From the NCBI GenBank assembly GCA_951406725.2, contig OX597827.1:48856001-48920000 (forward strand): a stretch of 64,000 nt of DNA. Reading direction: 5' to 3'. The position numbers were made by a program, and so were the translations under genes. Position 1 is the stretch's first letter; every line of letters begins with the position of its first letter. This document shows positions 12,570 to 26,784 of this stretch, piece after piece. Source of the DNA: Octopus vulgaris (Eukaryota). Below the pieces are notes generated by a model. The model saw only the letters and a list, made by a program, of their open reading frames with translations. It ran no database searches and was not told the origin of the DNA.

Positions 12570-12765
12570 TGTCTGTATTTGTCCCTCCGCCATCGATTCA
12601 CAATCGATGTTGCTGTGATTACTCCCCATAACTTAGGGGTTCAGCAAAAGAGATCAATGGAATGAGAACTAGGCTTACAAAGGATAATTCTTGGGGGTGA
12701 TTTCTTCATTTAAAAAGGTGTTACTCCAGCATGGCTGCTGTCAAATGACTGAAACGAGGAAAAGA
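12570..12765 (+). mobile_element. SINE family C, 3' half
   Basis: ttgtccctcc...cataacttaggggttcagcaaaagaga...ctccagcatggctgctgtcaaatgactgaaac; matches the 3' halves at 20745-20928 and 30190-30393. Confidence 0.8.
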
Positions 12766-12820
12766 TAAATATGTGTGTGTGTATGAGTATATATATATAT
12801 ATATATATATAGATATAGAT

Positions 12821-12862
<42 letters not shown>

Positions 12863-13189
12863 GGAGAGAGACAGAGAGAGATTCTAATACATGTAATGAT
12901 TGTAATGTTTATATATATAAATATATAAGAATGTGTGTATGTGCGTGTGTGTATTATACATGCGTACATAGAATATAGTTATATTTATTCGGCTCAGCCA
13001 CGCGCGATTACTCAAGTTTCCTTTCTATACCATGCCACCGCTATATAGATCAGTTTTATATGGGAATATCCGCACACCATAAGCAATACTGTATGAAATA
13101 AACAGGATCTACATAAAACGGTTAACCAGTAAAAATGAAAAACGTGATCAAAGTGAAGAATAATGCTTTGCAAAGCTCAACCACGTGAG

Positions 13190-13860
13190 CTCTCTAAATT
13201 ATATGCTTGGAATAAAAACACATACGTTTTCCGCTTTAAGGAACTGGAGAGCTTTGAAATGGAAACTCTCAAAATGATCAGCTCATTATGATTTAAATTC
13301 CAGAGTAATAATTTCCAACACACAAAAATCTGATATCATGTCCATTAAGGACATTAAGAACAAAACCTACGCATTTTCATATGATACAAAAAAAATCTGT
13401 ACAAACTATACAAAGACATACTCTAAGCTCTTAATGAACAACATTACACAATAATACATGAAAGTTAAAAGAAGCATATAAGCTAATAGTAACTACGAAG
13501 CCAAATTAATGGTCAGGAAAAAAAAAAGAAAAATGTGTAGTGGTTACGAGGCAAACACGGGGAATACACAACACGTAAAGAGGACAATGAGAACTTCGCC
13601 ATAAACCCCATATACAGGCTTAATACAGCCTTTTAAGTAGGAGCTTCGGAAGGTTAGAAACATCTAATAAAGTACATTACTGATAAAATTAGAATTGACG
13701 ATAAACTGCGCTAATGGATTCGCATGCAAGCAGTAGAGAAATTTGTTCAAGCTGTTACCATTACAAACAAATGCCCATTCCCTAGGTAGATTTTGTTGAA
13801 TTCCAGCCTGTCAGTTTCTAAGCCCATCTTTAGCAAGGCTCTGAAATCTGAAATGACATA
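13190..13860 (+). pseudogene. Degraded Penelope-like RT N-terminal region (Naiad/Chlamys-like)
   Basis: Stitched across frameshifts: KELESFEMETLKMISSL*FK..NNFQ..SDIMSIK, EDNENFAINPIYRL/IQPFK*ELRKV, VDFVEFQP/SVSKPIFSKALK; resembles the remembered PLE motif KDHKxNFxxNPxCRLINPxKSELGKxSK...FDIxEFYPSI. Confidence 0.6.
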
Positions 13861-14659
13861 TTGTGACATTGCTCATGAGAATGTCGACATAACAATGTAT
13901 CCCTGCATGACTGAAATGTTTTTACGTTCCAGCTTTGCGAGGATGCTCTGTTTGATTGCACAGCGATTCGAAACGTGGTTGAAATATTCATTGTTGATAA
14001 CATAAGCTTAACTCTATTATTAACATCTTAAGCATGAACTCGATAGAAATGACATGCTCGTTATTTCTAAAAATGGAAGCAAATATACACACTCTAAATG
14101 GTAACCACTAATGAAAATGAAAATAAATGCTATGCAATCTGCTTGAGCAACACAAATACTCTCTACGTGCACTCTAAATTTAATATGAATTTCCGGTAAC
14201 CTTTTCCTGAAGGGAACAAATACTTCAAAATGTTTAACCTGTGACGTTTAAAACTATGTAGTGTACTGTGATTTTGTATGTATGTATGTATGTATGTATG
14301 TATGTATGTATGTATGTATGTGTGTGGGAGAGCACTGCCTGTCATCGCCACAGATGGAGGAAGCAGGTTAAAGAGGAGGTCGACACTTTTCATAGAGCAC
14401 ATATTCTGCATGAATAACTTAAGCGTGCTGCTCGAAAGCACACTGCTTGTGTAGTGAATGGGGAACGTTTGGTTTTTAATGTTTGCAGTCGTGTATGCTT
14501 GTCAAGAGCAGGGCTCATTAGCCACCAACGGGACCGCAAATGCAAAATATAAGTTAGTCCTAGAGCGCACCAATGTTCCTGCAGGTCAGCAACGGTCTTG
14601 CTAGGTCACAAGTAGACGGCCATCATGTATGTATGTATGTATGTATGTATGTATATATG

Positions 14660-15055
14660 TTTGGTTTTTCTTGGATTTTAATTTAAGTTCTTCATGAGAG
14701 GGTTCAAGCCAGTTGCAAACAAAGCGAAAAGTCTTATTGAGATAGAAGAGCTCCAAGCGTTTGTCAATATAAAGTTGAGTTTGTGTGTTGGTTGAACTGT
14801 CGGTGCACATAACCAAGTGTATGCAGATGTTGACATATGATACTTTATAAGAATCCCCAAAGCAGACTTTTTGGAATGCCTTACAAATCTTCACTGTGCC
14901 ATGAATAGCATCGATCTGGAGATTCACCGTCTGATTATTTTGCTGTTTTGTCAGTCAAACCCGGTAGTTATAGGTTTTTGTACAAATGTTGTGGTACATA
15001 GCTTAATGCACCTATAAATATAGGTAAGAGCGAGAATTCATAGTCAGGTTATATA
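14660..15055 (-). mobile_element. 3' end of an RLE-type (R4/Dong-like) LINE with 3' UTR
   Basis: Minus translation PDYEFSLLPIFIGALSYVPQHLYKNL...LQIDAIHGTVKICKAFQK, followed by UTR and (TACA)n. Confidence 0.65.
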
Positions 15056-15120
15056 CATGTATGAATATATAAATAAATACGCACTCAGGGACACAAACAT
15101 ACAAATATACAGACACACAA

Positions 15121-15232
<112 letters not shown>

Positions 15233-15465
15233 CATATATATATATATGTGTGTGTGTCTGTAACAATGCTTTAGCACAAAGGAGTGTTTAGGTATGAAGG
15301 GGATTTAGACTAGTTGAAATATGTTTCTCACATATTTCAACTGCTAAAAGGCAAATACATTGCAGTTATCGTGGAGAAAATTATCTCCCTTGTGGTACAA
15401 AAGTGTGAAAACACCCAGTTCGTTCAGTGTTGCCATCTTATTAACGAGCAAATTAACGATCTTAT

Positions 15466-15509
<44 letters not shown>

Positions 15510-15515
<6 letters not shown>

Positions 15516-15875
15516 ATAAGATCGTTAATTTAAATATCGATCTCATCAAGTGGCCAGCATGGGAATAAAAATCTTCAAAGGTAATAATTATCATTAAAAT
15601 TATAATTTAGGGTATCTAAGAGATGCTGCCACGCTGGAAATAGCAACCAAATCCTGACTCTAAAACCACATTGAATGTTCATACGGCGCCAGGAGAGAAG
15701 ACAAAAAGACACAATAAACTATCAAAAAATCACTGGATAATTTGCTAGTTTATTTTGTCTTTTTGTCTTATCTCCTAGTGCTGTATGAATATTTAATGTC
15801 GTTTCAGAGTTATGTTTTGATTGCTATTTCCAGCGTGGCGGTATCTCTTAGTTACCCTAAATTATAATTTTAAAT
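15510..15875. repeat. Asymmetric inverted-repeat element (PLE-terminus-like)
   Basis: ~128 bp diverged inverted arms 15594-15721 / 15746-15873; terminus gataagatcgttaattt...tggccagcatgggaataaaaa recurs reversed at 29145-29228; (TA)n flanks. Confidence 0.75.
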
Positions 15876-17176
15876 ATATATATATATATATATAAATATA
15901 CATATATACATATATACATATAAGCCTAAATTCTGCTCATATATATATATAAATATATATTCTGCTTATATATATAGTTATGTCATATCAGTTACTTTCT
16001 TTAGCACTCCGATATAATTCAGACTTAGCTAGCCACGTCGAATGGTAGAGAGCAATGAGAATCGTTTAAGATTAACAATTACACGTTCCCACATGATAGG
16101 TAAATCATGAATATACTTCAATCGTTGTCATATGCAATACAGACTACGCGACCACATAATCAAAACATCATAACAAAGAATATAGAACAGTGCATACTCA
16201 AAATCTCTTTAGTACAGTATTTTCTCATTGAATTCCAACCCAACACCTGTTTCTCCTCGATAAGTGTCCTAATGTCCTTGGTGAAGCAAACTGGATATTT
16301 AAGTCTTAGTTCTTCTTATAGTATATTTTAGGTGAGGAACATGAAACCTTAGCGTAACTAACAGCTGCGATTACTTTGAATACGATACACCTATAGCTCT
16401 GGTATCATTGAAACTTAGAATTACCTTTCTAGAATTTGAGGAGATTATTTTATATCAGGATCCATTCACATCGCTGACCACTCATAATGAGTATAACGAT
16501 ACCATAAAAGATAAAAGACATAGATTTAAAGGAAATCGAAAGTGACAGGAAATAAGGAGGGAACAAATTTCGTTTTATTTTGGGTAATCAGACCACTCCA
16601 TAACAATAACGTTTATACTTTTTTCAATATTAGAAGCCTAATATTGATTGAAATGCGTAAAGTAAGTTGAAATTCTAATCATATTTAGTTTCAACCCACA
16701 AAAGAATTATGATTTCGAGGTTTATTTTTAAAATCTGACCAGAGTAAATTTACGGTTATTTGACTAGGTTAAGTTATGTTCACCTGCATCTAAGTGATAT
16801 CCAATTAGGAGATTTATTCGGAAAGTATTTAAATACTTCTCTGAATGAATGTGTGCATTTTACAGCTAATTCCTTTCCGTGATTTAATAACCCATAATTA
16901 TAGGTTAAGATATGGGATATTTCGTCCAATCATATATGGTGCTTCGAGTTCCCAATTGTATACGGTGAAGTGCTACTAATAATTGCTCAGTTAATGTCAA
17001 TTCAGTGTCCTTATCCTTTAATATCATATTTAACGTCGTATTAATATCATATTTAATGTCACATTTAGTGCCCTTATCCCTTAAAGTAGCAATTGCTGCC
17101 ACTATAATCTGTGGTCGTCAAATGCCTTGAGGATGAATTCGTTAGATGGAAATTGTGTCAAAGCCCCGTATTTATT

Positions 17177-17224
<48 letters not shown>

Positions 17225-17233
<9 letters not shown>

Positions 17234-17725
17234 ACGTTATATAATTAGGGTTCAGTAAAATAATTTACTTTACCACGCACCGAACTTTTAGAGCAGCCAG
17301 AAAATTTTAGCTATTTCCTCTACTATAAGAAAAGTCTCCCAGACAATGTATACTCAAAAGTAATTCACGTAAGTATAGAGGGAAAAATAACGAAAGATCA
17401 CACGTGCATCGATTACTTGAGAACGCCGTTTCTGGATTAGTTGGATATAGAGATCAACATTTCCGCCATCAGCCCGAGATTTCTTTAGGTTTAAATTTGA
17501 GAGCACTAAAAATCGAACATACCCGTCTGATATGAGCAATCCCAGACAAACCATCTTCGACCGCCAGTACTAACGAATTCAAAAAGTACGAATGAGGCTT
17601 TGTATCCTCCCTCGTCCACCCAAGTGAGTTATAGAGCAACAAGTCCCTACAGAGGGATCTGTAGATTACTATCAGGGAGAGAGAATTATATTGCCAATTT
17701 ATTATTGACAATATAATATATTGAC
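17225..17725 (-). mobile_element. Diverged relative of the 11052 family with decayed hammerhead (17416-17478)
   Basis: Shares ccac.caccgaa...agctatt..tctacta with 11198-11255; minus strand ctcggg CTGATGG ...stem II... GAAA cggcg TT ctcaag; (TA)n flanks. Confidence 0.6.
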
Positions 17726-17757
<32 letters not shown>

Positions 17758-17852
17758 TATGAGAGTTTATTAAAAAGAAACAAACAGAAGCGGAAGACTG
17801 GTGTTTAGCCAACAATTAATGTTTTACTCAAACACTCAGGAAGTGAGAAAGA

Positions 17853-17888
17853 CTTTTACGTTTCGAGCCTACGCTTTTCGACAGAAAG
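17853..17888 (-). ncRNA. Minimal hammerhead-like motif (CUGUCGA variant) in a TA-flanked element (17760-17965)
   Basis: Reverse complement: cttt CTGTCGA aaagc gtag gctc GAAA cg TA aaag. Confidence 0.6.
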
Positions 17889-17960
17889 GATCACAGAAAT
17901 AAACAGGGAGACAAAATAGGTAAGGGTTTAGTGGCTAGCGATATATCAGGGTGAATGTGC

Positions 17961-18022
<62 letters not shown>

Positions 18023-18044
18023 GATGAATATGTTGCTTATCTTG

Positions 18045-18108
<64 letters not shown>

Positions 18109-18111
18109 TAT

Positions 18112-18349
18112 AACAAATAATTAAGGAATGACCCTGAGAAGGTCGTTTTTATTTCTCTTCTAGTTTCAGAATTACTACTATTTTTGCGGTTTTGAGTTTA
18201 GCTGCTCTTTTCAAGTGAGTCGAACGACCTTCTCAGGGTCATTCCTTAATTATTTGTTGAATATATTATATAGTCTGTGACTATCTCTATTTTCTCACTT
18301 GACCGCTGGTTGCAGAAAATTTTTCTTGAATTTTTTGTTACTCTTATAT

Positions 18350-18350
<1 letters not shown>
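18112..18350. repeat. Asymmetric inverted-repeat element between (TA)n tracts
   Basis: Arms aacaaataattaaggaatgaccctgagaaggtcgtt (~18112-18146) and its reverse complement (~18222-18258), plus a 90 bp right tail. Confidence 0.8.
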
Positions 18351-18395
<45 letters not shown>

Positions 18396-18489
18396 GAGAA
18401 AGTTGGTGTGTGAAAGCACGTGGTTAGATATATAAAAAATAGAAAAGAGTGAAAAAACTATGTATATATATATATATATATAATAAGTG

Positions 18490-18592
18490 TAAATAATATC
18501 TTTAATGGTTTTTAAAAAAAAACAACAATTATTTACTGGTAGATTTCGGCATGTAAATATAACCATTAACGGTAGGAACTTCTATAAAAGTT

Positions 18593-18659
<67 letters not shown>

Positions 18660-19015
18660 ATATAAATAAAAGAGGCAGGCAAGAGGTTGCTTAGCCACAT
18701 ACCGAAAAAAATAGAAATAGCAGTCAAAGACTGTTTATTTCTATTTTCTACATATGAGACTCCACATACGACATATCCCTGTAATTCACATATGCAAAAC
18801 AGAAGGAAGAAATAACGAAAACAAAGTCTAACGGTCATTTATGAACGCGTTTCTAGATTAGGAATATAATAAAATATATATTCCATGTCTTTCATCAGCG
18901 TAAACCTCCATTAAAATAGATTTATCAAATGCTAAGTACCTCCACTTCCCGATCAGGCGACATTATTATATTCCTAATCTAGAAACGCGTTCGTAAATGG
19001 CTGTTTTTTTTCGGT
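18490..19015 (-). mobile_element. Relative of the 11052 family with hammerhead (18838-18904) and short inverted copy
   Basis: Shares gtagatttcggcatgtaaa and tagaaatagcagtcaaaga with 11118-11235; minus strand tttacg CTGATGA ...GAAA cgcg TT cataaa; inverted partial copy ~18963-19000 keeps cgtaaa. Confidence 0.7.
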
Positions 19016-19023
19016 ATATATAT

Positions 19024-19092
<69 letters not shown>

Positions 19093-20415
19093 CAGATAGA
19101 TAGATAGATATAAAACACAAATAAGCAGCACAATGTTTATAGCAACACTTAGAAAACATTCCCTGTATTGAAATTTTAAAATCAGAAGCAAAAACTAAAG
19201 TTATGCAACATAGAATCAAGTAAAGACAGAACCACACTATAAAATAACACAAAAAAACATTTATTTAAATATATTACAAAAATATTTTAAAATAAAATAA
19301 TACATAAATACATACTTGGCAAATATTTATTAAAATTAAATATATCTCATACGTCACAGGCTATTTAATCCGCATGCGTCAACAACTAAAAACTTGTTTT
19401 ATTAGCCACGATTTTTATGAGAATAAAAAGAAACAGTGCACTATAAAAATTGGCATTGTGTTACGCACAATTTGTCGCCATTTTACATAAAACGCTACAA
19501 ATTGGTAAGTGGAAAAGACAAAGAAAATATTTTCACACCTCCATAGTAATGTCTGTATGTGTGTGTGTATGTGTGAGTAGGTGTGAGTTTGCGTTTCTGT
19601 TATCTGTACATATATGTGCGCAATACATTTTCAAATGCTTTTATATACTTAGCTAAACATACTTACAGTCTGATATGTGTATTTATATATTTACTAACGC
19701 AGACAGAGACACAAACACTTTTATATATATTTATGTGTTTGTGTGTGTGACTGTGTGTGACTGTGTATGAGATAACGTTAAAATATTCATATAAACAATG
19801 GTATATCACACTGATATAGACATGATACAATATGTATAGATGTATATTATATACATATATATATATATATATAAATATAAACATATATACGTATGTATAT
19901 GTATATGTCTAAACATATAACCTTATATATATATATATAAATACATAACATACACACGCGTACACACACACACACGTATACACACATGATAATACCTGAT
20001 AAATCAAAAGCCAGTATTCTTTGCCGTTTTACTCTTTTATTCATTGGAATTGTTTCAGCTAACGCTGCCGTTTTTGGTCAGTTATTGAAAGTACATTTTT
20101 TCCTATATTCACTTTTATGTTTCAATCATTAAGGAAACATATTTATCTTTTCTGCGAAGTGTCATGTCTATTTCTATAAAACTCTCATTTCTGAATGTCT
20201 TTCATGATTTTTTGTTTTTTAGTGTTTGACTGTGTGTGAGTGCGAACGTCTATGTGAGAGAGTGAGTGTGTGTGCTTCATTTTCAAAGATTATACATATT
20301 CCTTATATTCCTTATAGCTTTGATGGTGAGATTGTTATAAACTTTCCTTCTCGGATGAATGTCATTTCTTTTTCATTGTTTAAAAATATGAAATAATCAT
20401 TCATTCCTGTTTGCT

Positions 20416-20460
<45 letters not shown>

Positions 20461-20461
20461 G

Positions 20462-20928
<467 letters not shown>

Positions 20929-21319
20929 TATATATATATATATATATACATATATGAGAAATTATGATAAGCACAAATTTAGTTCCTGTGTATATTTGAC
21001 CATTTTGATTGTTTCGAGCACTGCTTTGTGTCTTCCAATTGCATTTGTATATCAACCACAACGGATTTTCAGGTAATCCTTTATTTCCTACTACGTACTG
21101 TTGTGAATAGCTGGATCGATAATGTATATTTCATATTTTGGAAGTGAAATCGAAGGAGAGCAATTGTTTGTGGAGGAAAACATAGACCAAGAATCGCTAC
21201 AAAGGTAGAGGGTGGAAGAGTAGCAGCGCACACAAATGGAGAATAAAGAGTGAAAATCTTCCGAGATAATTTATAAAGATTGACCTAATCCTTCATGAAG
21301 GTAAATAGATAATAATAAA

Positions 21320-21735
21320 AGGCGGTGAGCTGGCAGAAACGTTAGGACGCCGGGCGAAATGCCTTGCGGTATTTCTTCTGCCGTTACGTTCTGTGTTCAA
21401 ATTCCGCCGAGGTCGACTTAGCCTTTCATCATTTCGGGGTCGATAAATTAAGTACTAGTTACGCACTGGGGTCGATATAATCGACTTAATCCGTTTGTCT
21501 GTCCTTGTTTGTCCCCTCTATGTTTAGCCCCTTGTGGGTAGTAAAGAAATAGGTATTTGGTCTACCGTTACGGTCTGAGTTCAAATTCCGCTGAGGTCGA
21601 CTTTACCTTTCATCCTTTCGGGGTCGATAAATTAAGTACCAGATACACACTGGGGTCAATCTAATCGACTTAATCCGTTTGTCTTTCCTTGTTTGTCCCT
21701 TCTATGTTTAGCCCCTTGTGGGCAATAAAGAAATA
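21320..21735 (+). mobile_element. SINE family D with tandem-duplicated body
   Basis: ggcggtgagctggcagaaacgttag head; body gttcaaattccgccgaggtcgac...gtttagccccttgtggg.aataaagaaata present twice, ~183 bp apart. Confidence 0.85.
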
Positions 21736-21739
21736 AGAG

Positions 21740-22210
21740 GAGCGAAATGCGAATTTTAATGGACATTGTTCATGCAGTTTGTCGACTGAAAGAAAGTGCA
21801 GTAAGTCAGGATATTTTTCCGAGAATGTTCACTTTCAGGTGTTCCTTAAACTGTCAGCCGTTTGATACAAAATGTTCGGAAAGTTCCGTCGAACTAGAGC
21901 TACTGTGCCTGATGTCATATCTCTGGCACTGAATCTTTCGTTTAATTGTTCTGTTCTACAACCAACATAAATCAAGTTGTGTTCGGTGCAGTGCGCTGCG
22001 TATACCAAATCGGAATCTTTACACGTCCCACCTTCTGTAGGACTCATAACAGTTCTGTCATGATTAGTGACGAAATTGGCTTCACTCATATTTTGGTTGT
22101 TTTTCGAGGTGCAGGTACTTCAATAGTAGTGTTATTTGGGTTAGAGGTGGTGGTTAACATTTCTCTTATATTTTTGTTGCGTCTAAAATCTATAATGGAC
22201 TTTTTTACAC
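21740..22210 (-). pseudogene. Penelope-like element GIY-YIG endonuclease fragment
   Basis: GGTCKDSDLVYAAHCTEHNLIYVGCRTEQLNERF fits the PLE GIY-YIG pattern. Confidence 0.75.
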
Positions 22211-22244
22211 GACGATTACAGCAGTGGTGCCGACGTCAACAACG

Positions 22245-22560
22245 ATGAAGATGGGGAAGGGGAGGAAGAAGAAGACGAAGAAGAAGAAGAAGAAGAAGAA
22301 GAAGAAGGCGAAGAAGAAGGAGAAGACGAAGAAGAAGAAGAAGTAGAAGAAGAAGAAGACGAAGACGAAGAAGAAGGAGAAGACGAAGAAGAAGAAGAAG
22401 AAGAAGAAGAAGAAGAAGAAGGAGAAGTAGAGGAAGAAGAAGGAGAAGACGAAGAAGAAGAAGAAGAGGAAGAAGAAGGAGAAGAAGAAGAAGAAGACGA
22501 AGAAGAAGAAGAAGAAGAAGAAGAAGAAGAAGAAGAAGAAAAGGAAGAGGATGGGAAGAA
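22245..22560. repeat. (GAA)n-rich polypurine microsatellite
   Basis: Directly visible, ~310 bp. Confidence 0.95.
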
Positions 22561-22987
22561 AACGAGGAGGGGAACCTCAAACACTTCTCTTTCGTCTGTT
22601 TCCCTTCCGCCTGTAAATCATCTTACTCTCTTTAACGTTGTGGTCACCACAGTTTTCTCTCTCTCCCTCTCTTTCTCGCTTTCCTTCTTTCTTCCCCCTT
22701 CTCTCTCTCTCTCTCTCAGCCGGTATTGATCTCCTCTTCTCTCTCAGAGTTTCTTTTACATAGAAATATATGTTTCTTCCTTCTTGTTATGCGCATAAGC
22801 TTTCTTCTAAAACAAGTATTATTGTCATTGTATAGCTGTTGTAGTAGTTATTATTACTTGTGGTCTTGTTTCTGCTTATTAGGATTTGAATCCCGTTGTG
22901 ATAATTGTTCATGCAGCTACTTAAATACATTCTAATTTATGAGCAGATCATCTTCCACTGCGCATACCTACATGCAAATCATAAACA

Positions 22988-23310
22988 AGGAGTGGCTGTG
23001 TGGTAAGAAGCTTGCTTACCAGCCATATGGTTCCGAGTTCAGTCCCACTGCGTGGTACCTTAGGCAAGTGTCTTCTACTCTAGCCTCTGGACGACCAAAG
23101 CCCACTGAAAGAAGTCCAGTGCATATATTTATATGTGTGTGTGTGTGTATCTTTGTGTGTCTGTGTTTGCCCCCCACAACCAACATCGCTTGACAACTGA
23201 TGCTAGTGCGTTTAGGCTTACAAAAAATAAGTCCTGGGGTCGATTTGCTCGACTAAAGGCGGTGCTCCAGCGTGGCAGCAGTAAAATCACTGAAACGAGT
23301 AAAAGAGCGA
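22988..23310 (+). mobile_element. SINE family C
   Basis: ggagtggctgtgtggtaagaagcttgc...accttaggcaagtgtcttctac...gtcgatttgctcgactaaaggcggtgctccagc. Confidence 0.85.
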
Positions 23311-23311
23311 T

Positions 23312-23694
23312 GGAAGCACTCCGTCGGTTACGACGACGAGGGTTCCGGTTGATCCGAATCAACGGAACAGACTGCTCGTGAAATTAACGTGTAAGTGGCT
23401 GAGCACTCCACAGACACGTGTACCCTTAACGTAGTTCTCGGGGATATTCAGCGTGACACAGAGAGTGACAAGGCCGACCCTTTGAAATACAGGTACAACA
23501 GAAACTGGAAGTAAGAGTGAGAGAAAGTTGTGGTGAAAGAGTACAGCAGGGATCACCACCATCCCCTGCTGGAGCCGCGTGGAGCTTTAGGTGTTTTCGT
23601 TCAATAAACACTCACAACGCCCGGTCTGGGAATCGAACCGCGATCCTATGACCGCGAGTCCGCTGCCCTAACCACTGGGCCATTGCGCCTCCAC
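23312..23694 (-). mobile_element. SINE head B + tail Y, young, inserted in the tail of a family C SINE
   Basis: 11 bp TSD aaaagagcgat at 23301-23311 and 23695-23705; near-identical to 25469-25858. Confidence 0.92.
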
Positions 23695-23809
23695 AAAAGA
23701 GCGATAGAGTAAAAGAGTAACCCGTATGTTTGTCTTATCTCATAGTTAACGTCATCCAATGAGGTCTTCCTATTTCAAGACAAGATTCTATATATTATAT
23801 TCTTTTATA

Positions 23810-23981
23810 CTTTTTTCTTTTATTCTTTTATTTGTTTCAGCCATTTGACTGCGGCCATGCTGGAGCACCGCTTATAGTCGAGGAAATCGACCCCAGGTCT
23901 TATTTTTTTTAAGTCTAAACACACTAGCATCGGTTGTCAAGCGATGTTTGCGGTGGGGGGCAAACACGGACACACAAAGAT

Positions 23982-24012
<31 letters not shown>

Positions 24013-24095
24013 TATATCGACCATAATCGACCCCAGGACTTATTCGGCCTCTTTTGCAGAACCGCTAAGTTACGGGGGACGTAAACACACCAGTA
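23810..24095 (-). mobile_element. Rearranged SINE family C 3' fragments
   Basis: ttgtttcagccatttgactgcggccatgctggagcaccgc; atcgaccccagg occurs twice. Confidence 0.75.
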
Positions 24096-24659
24096 TTATA
24101 CTTTACTATCATTTAGCTACCATTTCTTGCAAGTCAAATTGCCACATAGAGATTCTTCAATGCTTGCTTCGTGTCGTGCTAGATGGCTATTTCTGTTTGT
24201 TTGCTTAAATCATACTGGTGGTCGCTAGAGAAATTCAAATATTTAACAGATATTTACTTAGCATGTTATACTCCAACTTTCTTGAGTAATTTTATGACAG
24301 GCTCATTGCTGTTTTAAGAGTTTTCTTTTCTCTTCTCCTCTTTTTTTGTTTATTCTATTTCCTGTCACCAGTAAATATAGTCTATCAGAGATTTGCTTTC
24401 GGGAACAGTGTATTATAAACACAGTCATTAATTTACTTGTCATTCTGTCCTGGCTGATTAATTCACTTACCTAAAACTTAAGTGAATACATTAAATTCAT
24501 TAAACCAACCTAGAAGTAATTCGATAACTTAATGTAATTCTCTTACTAGAAGATAAGTGATTCTGTGGGAAGACAACGGAGTATTTTTGGCGCAGCTAAT
24601 GTTTTAATTTTTAGAACTTCGCTTACTAGTGCTGAAACTTGGCTTCGGCTAACTATACA

Positions 24660-25085
<426 letters not shown>

Positions 25086-25468
25086 TATTTATATGGGTAG
25101 GTATGTTTTGAATTTGTTTACGGAAAACGTTTTGAATATGCATATAAAGCTCGCATTCCATTTTGCTGGTTATAGGTTAATGAAACTGACTGGTGAACCA
25201 GTTCCAGAGTTGGGGGTTGCATCATGCTGTAAAGATATAATATATGACAAATATAGTAATAATAACAATAATACTTGGATGGAATTTTATAAACATTTAT
25301 TGCAGTCCGTATTCTTGGGATGATCATCTACATCTTGTCATTTCTTCAGACGATATAACATTAATGGATGTTCAACAGATGGATGTTTATCCCCTTTCAC
25401 CAGCGCGAAAGTTGATTGAGTTATATGTGTAAATATGTATGTACATTTATATATGTACATACGTGTAC

Positions 25469-25858
25469 GTGGAGGCGCAACGACCCAGTGGTTAGGGCAG
25501 CGGACTCGCGGTCGTAGGATCGCGGTTTCGATTCCCAGACCGGGCGTTGTGAGTGTTTATTGAGCGAAAACACCTAAAAGCTCCACGAGGCTCCGGCAGG
25601 GATGGTGGTGATCCCTGCTGTTCTCATTCACCACAACTTTCTCTCACTCTTACTTCCTGTTTCTGTTGTACCTGTATTTCAAAGGGCCGGCGTTGTCACT
25701 CTCTGTGTCACGCTGAATATCCCCGAGAACTACGTTAAGGGTACACGTGTCTGTGGAGTGCTCAGCCACTTACACGTTAATTTCACGAGCAGTCTGTTCC
25801 GTTGATTCGGATCAACCGGAACCCTCGTCGTCGTAACCGACGGAGTACTTCCATCCAC
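25469..25858 (+). mobile_element. SINE head B + tail Y, full length
   Basis: 11 bp TSD catacgtgtac at 25458-25468 and 25859-25869; A/B boxes. Confidence 0.92.
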
Positions 25859-26242
25859 CATACGTGTACAAGGAATACGTATTTGTTTCGATAATATGTA
25901 TATGCAAATCTGTGTGAGTGTGTGTATGTGTGTGTATGTGTGTGTATGTGATTTATATCTAAATTTTTAAGATGATAATACGCAAGAGTATAGGAATGTA
26001 AAGGGGGAGAAAGAGATGGAGGGGAACGAAAGAGTATGAAGGATAACAGATTTCAATAAATTAGAGAGGATTTGTGAGGTCACTGGATCTTCACTTATCT
26101 CATGTTCTTCTCTCTTTCAGCCCCGCATATTCACTTGAAACATTGCATTCTACTATATATACCTGTTACACGATCGTAGAACCGATGATCACATTTAGTT
26201 ACAAGGTCAATAATTTCCATCAAAACTTCGTAGTAATCTTTT

Positions 26243-26775
<533 letters not shown>

Positions 26776-26784
26776 TTTTTTTTT

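Noticed and set aside
22216-22584. Poly-Ser / poly-Leu ORFs
   Set aside because: Translation of the (GAA)n tract.
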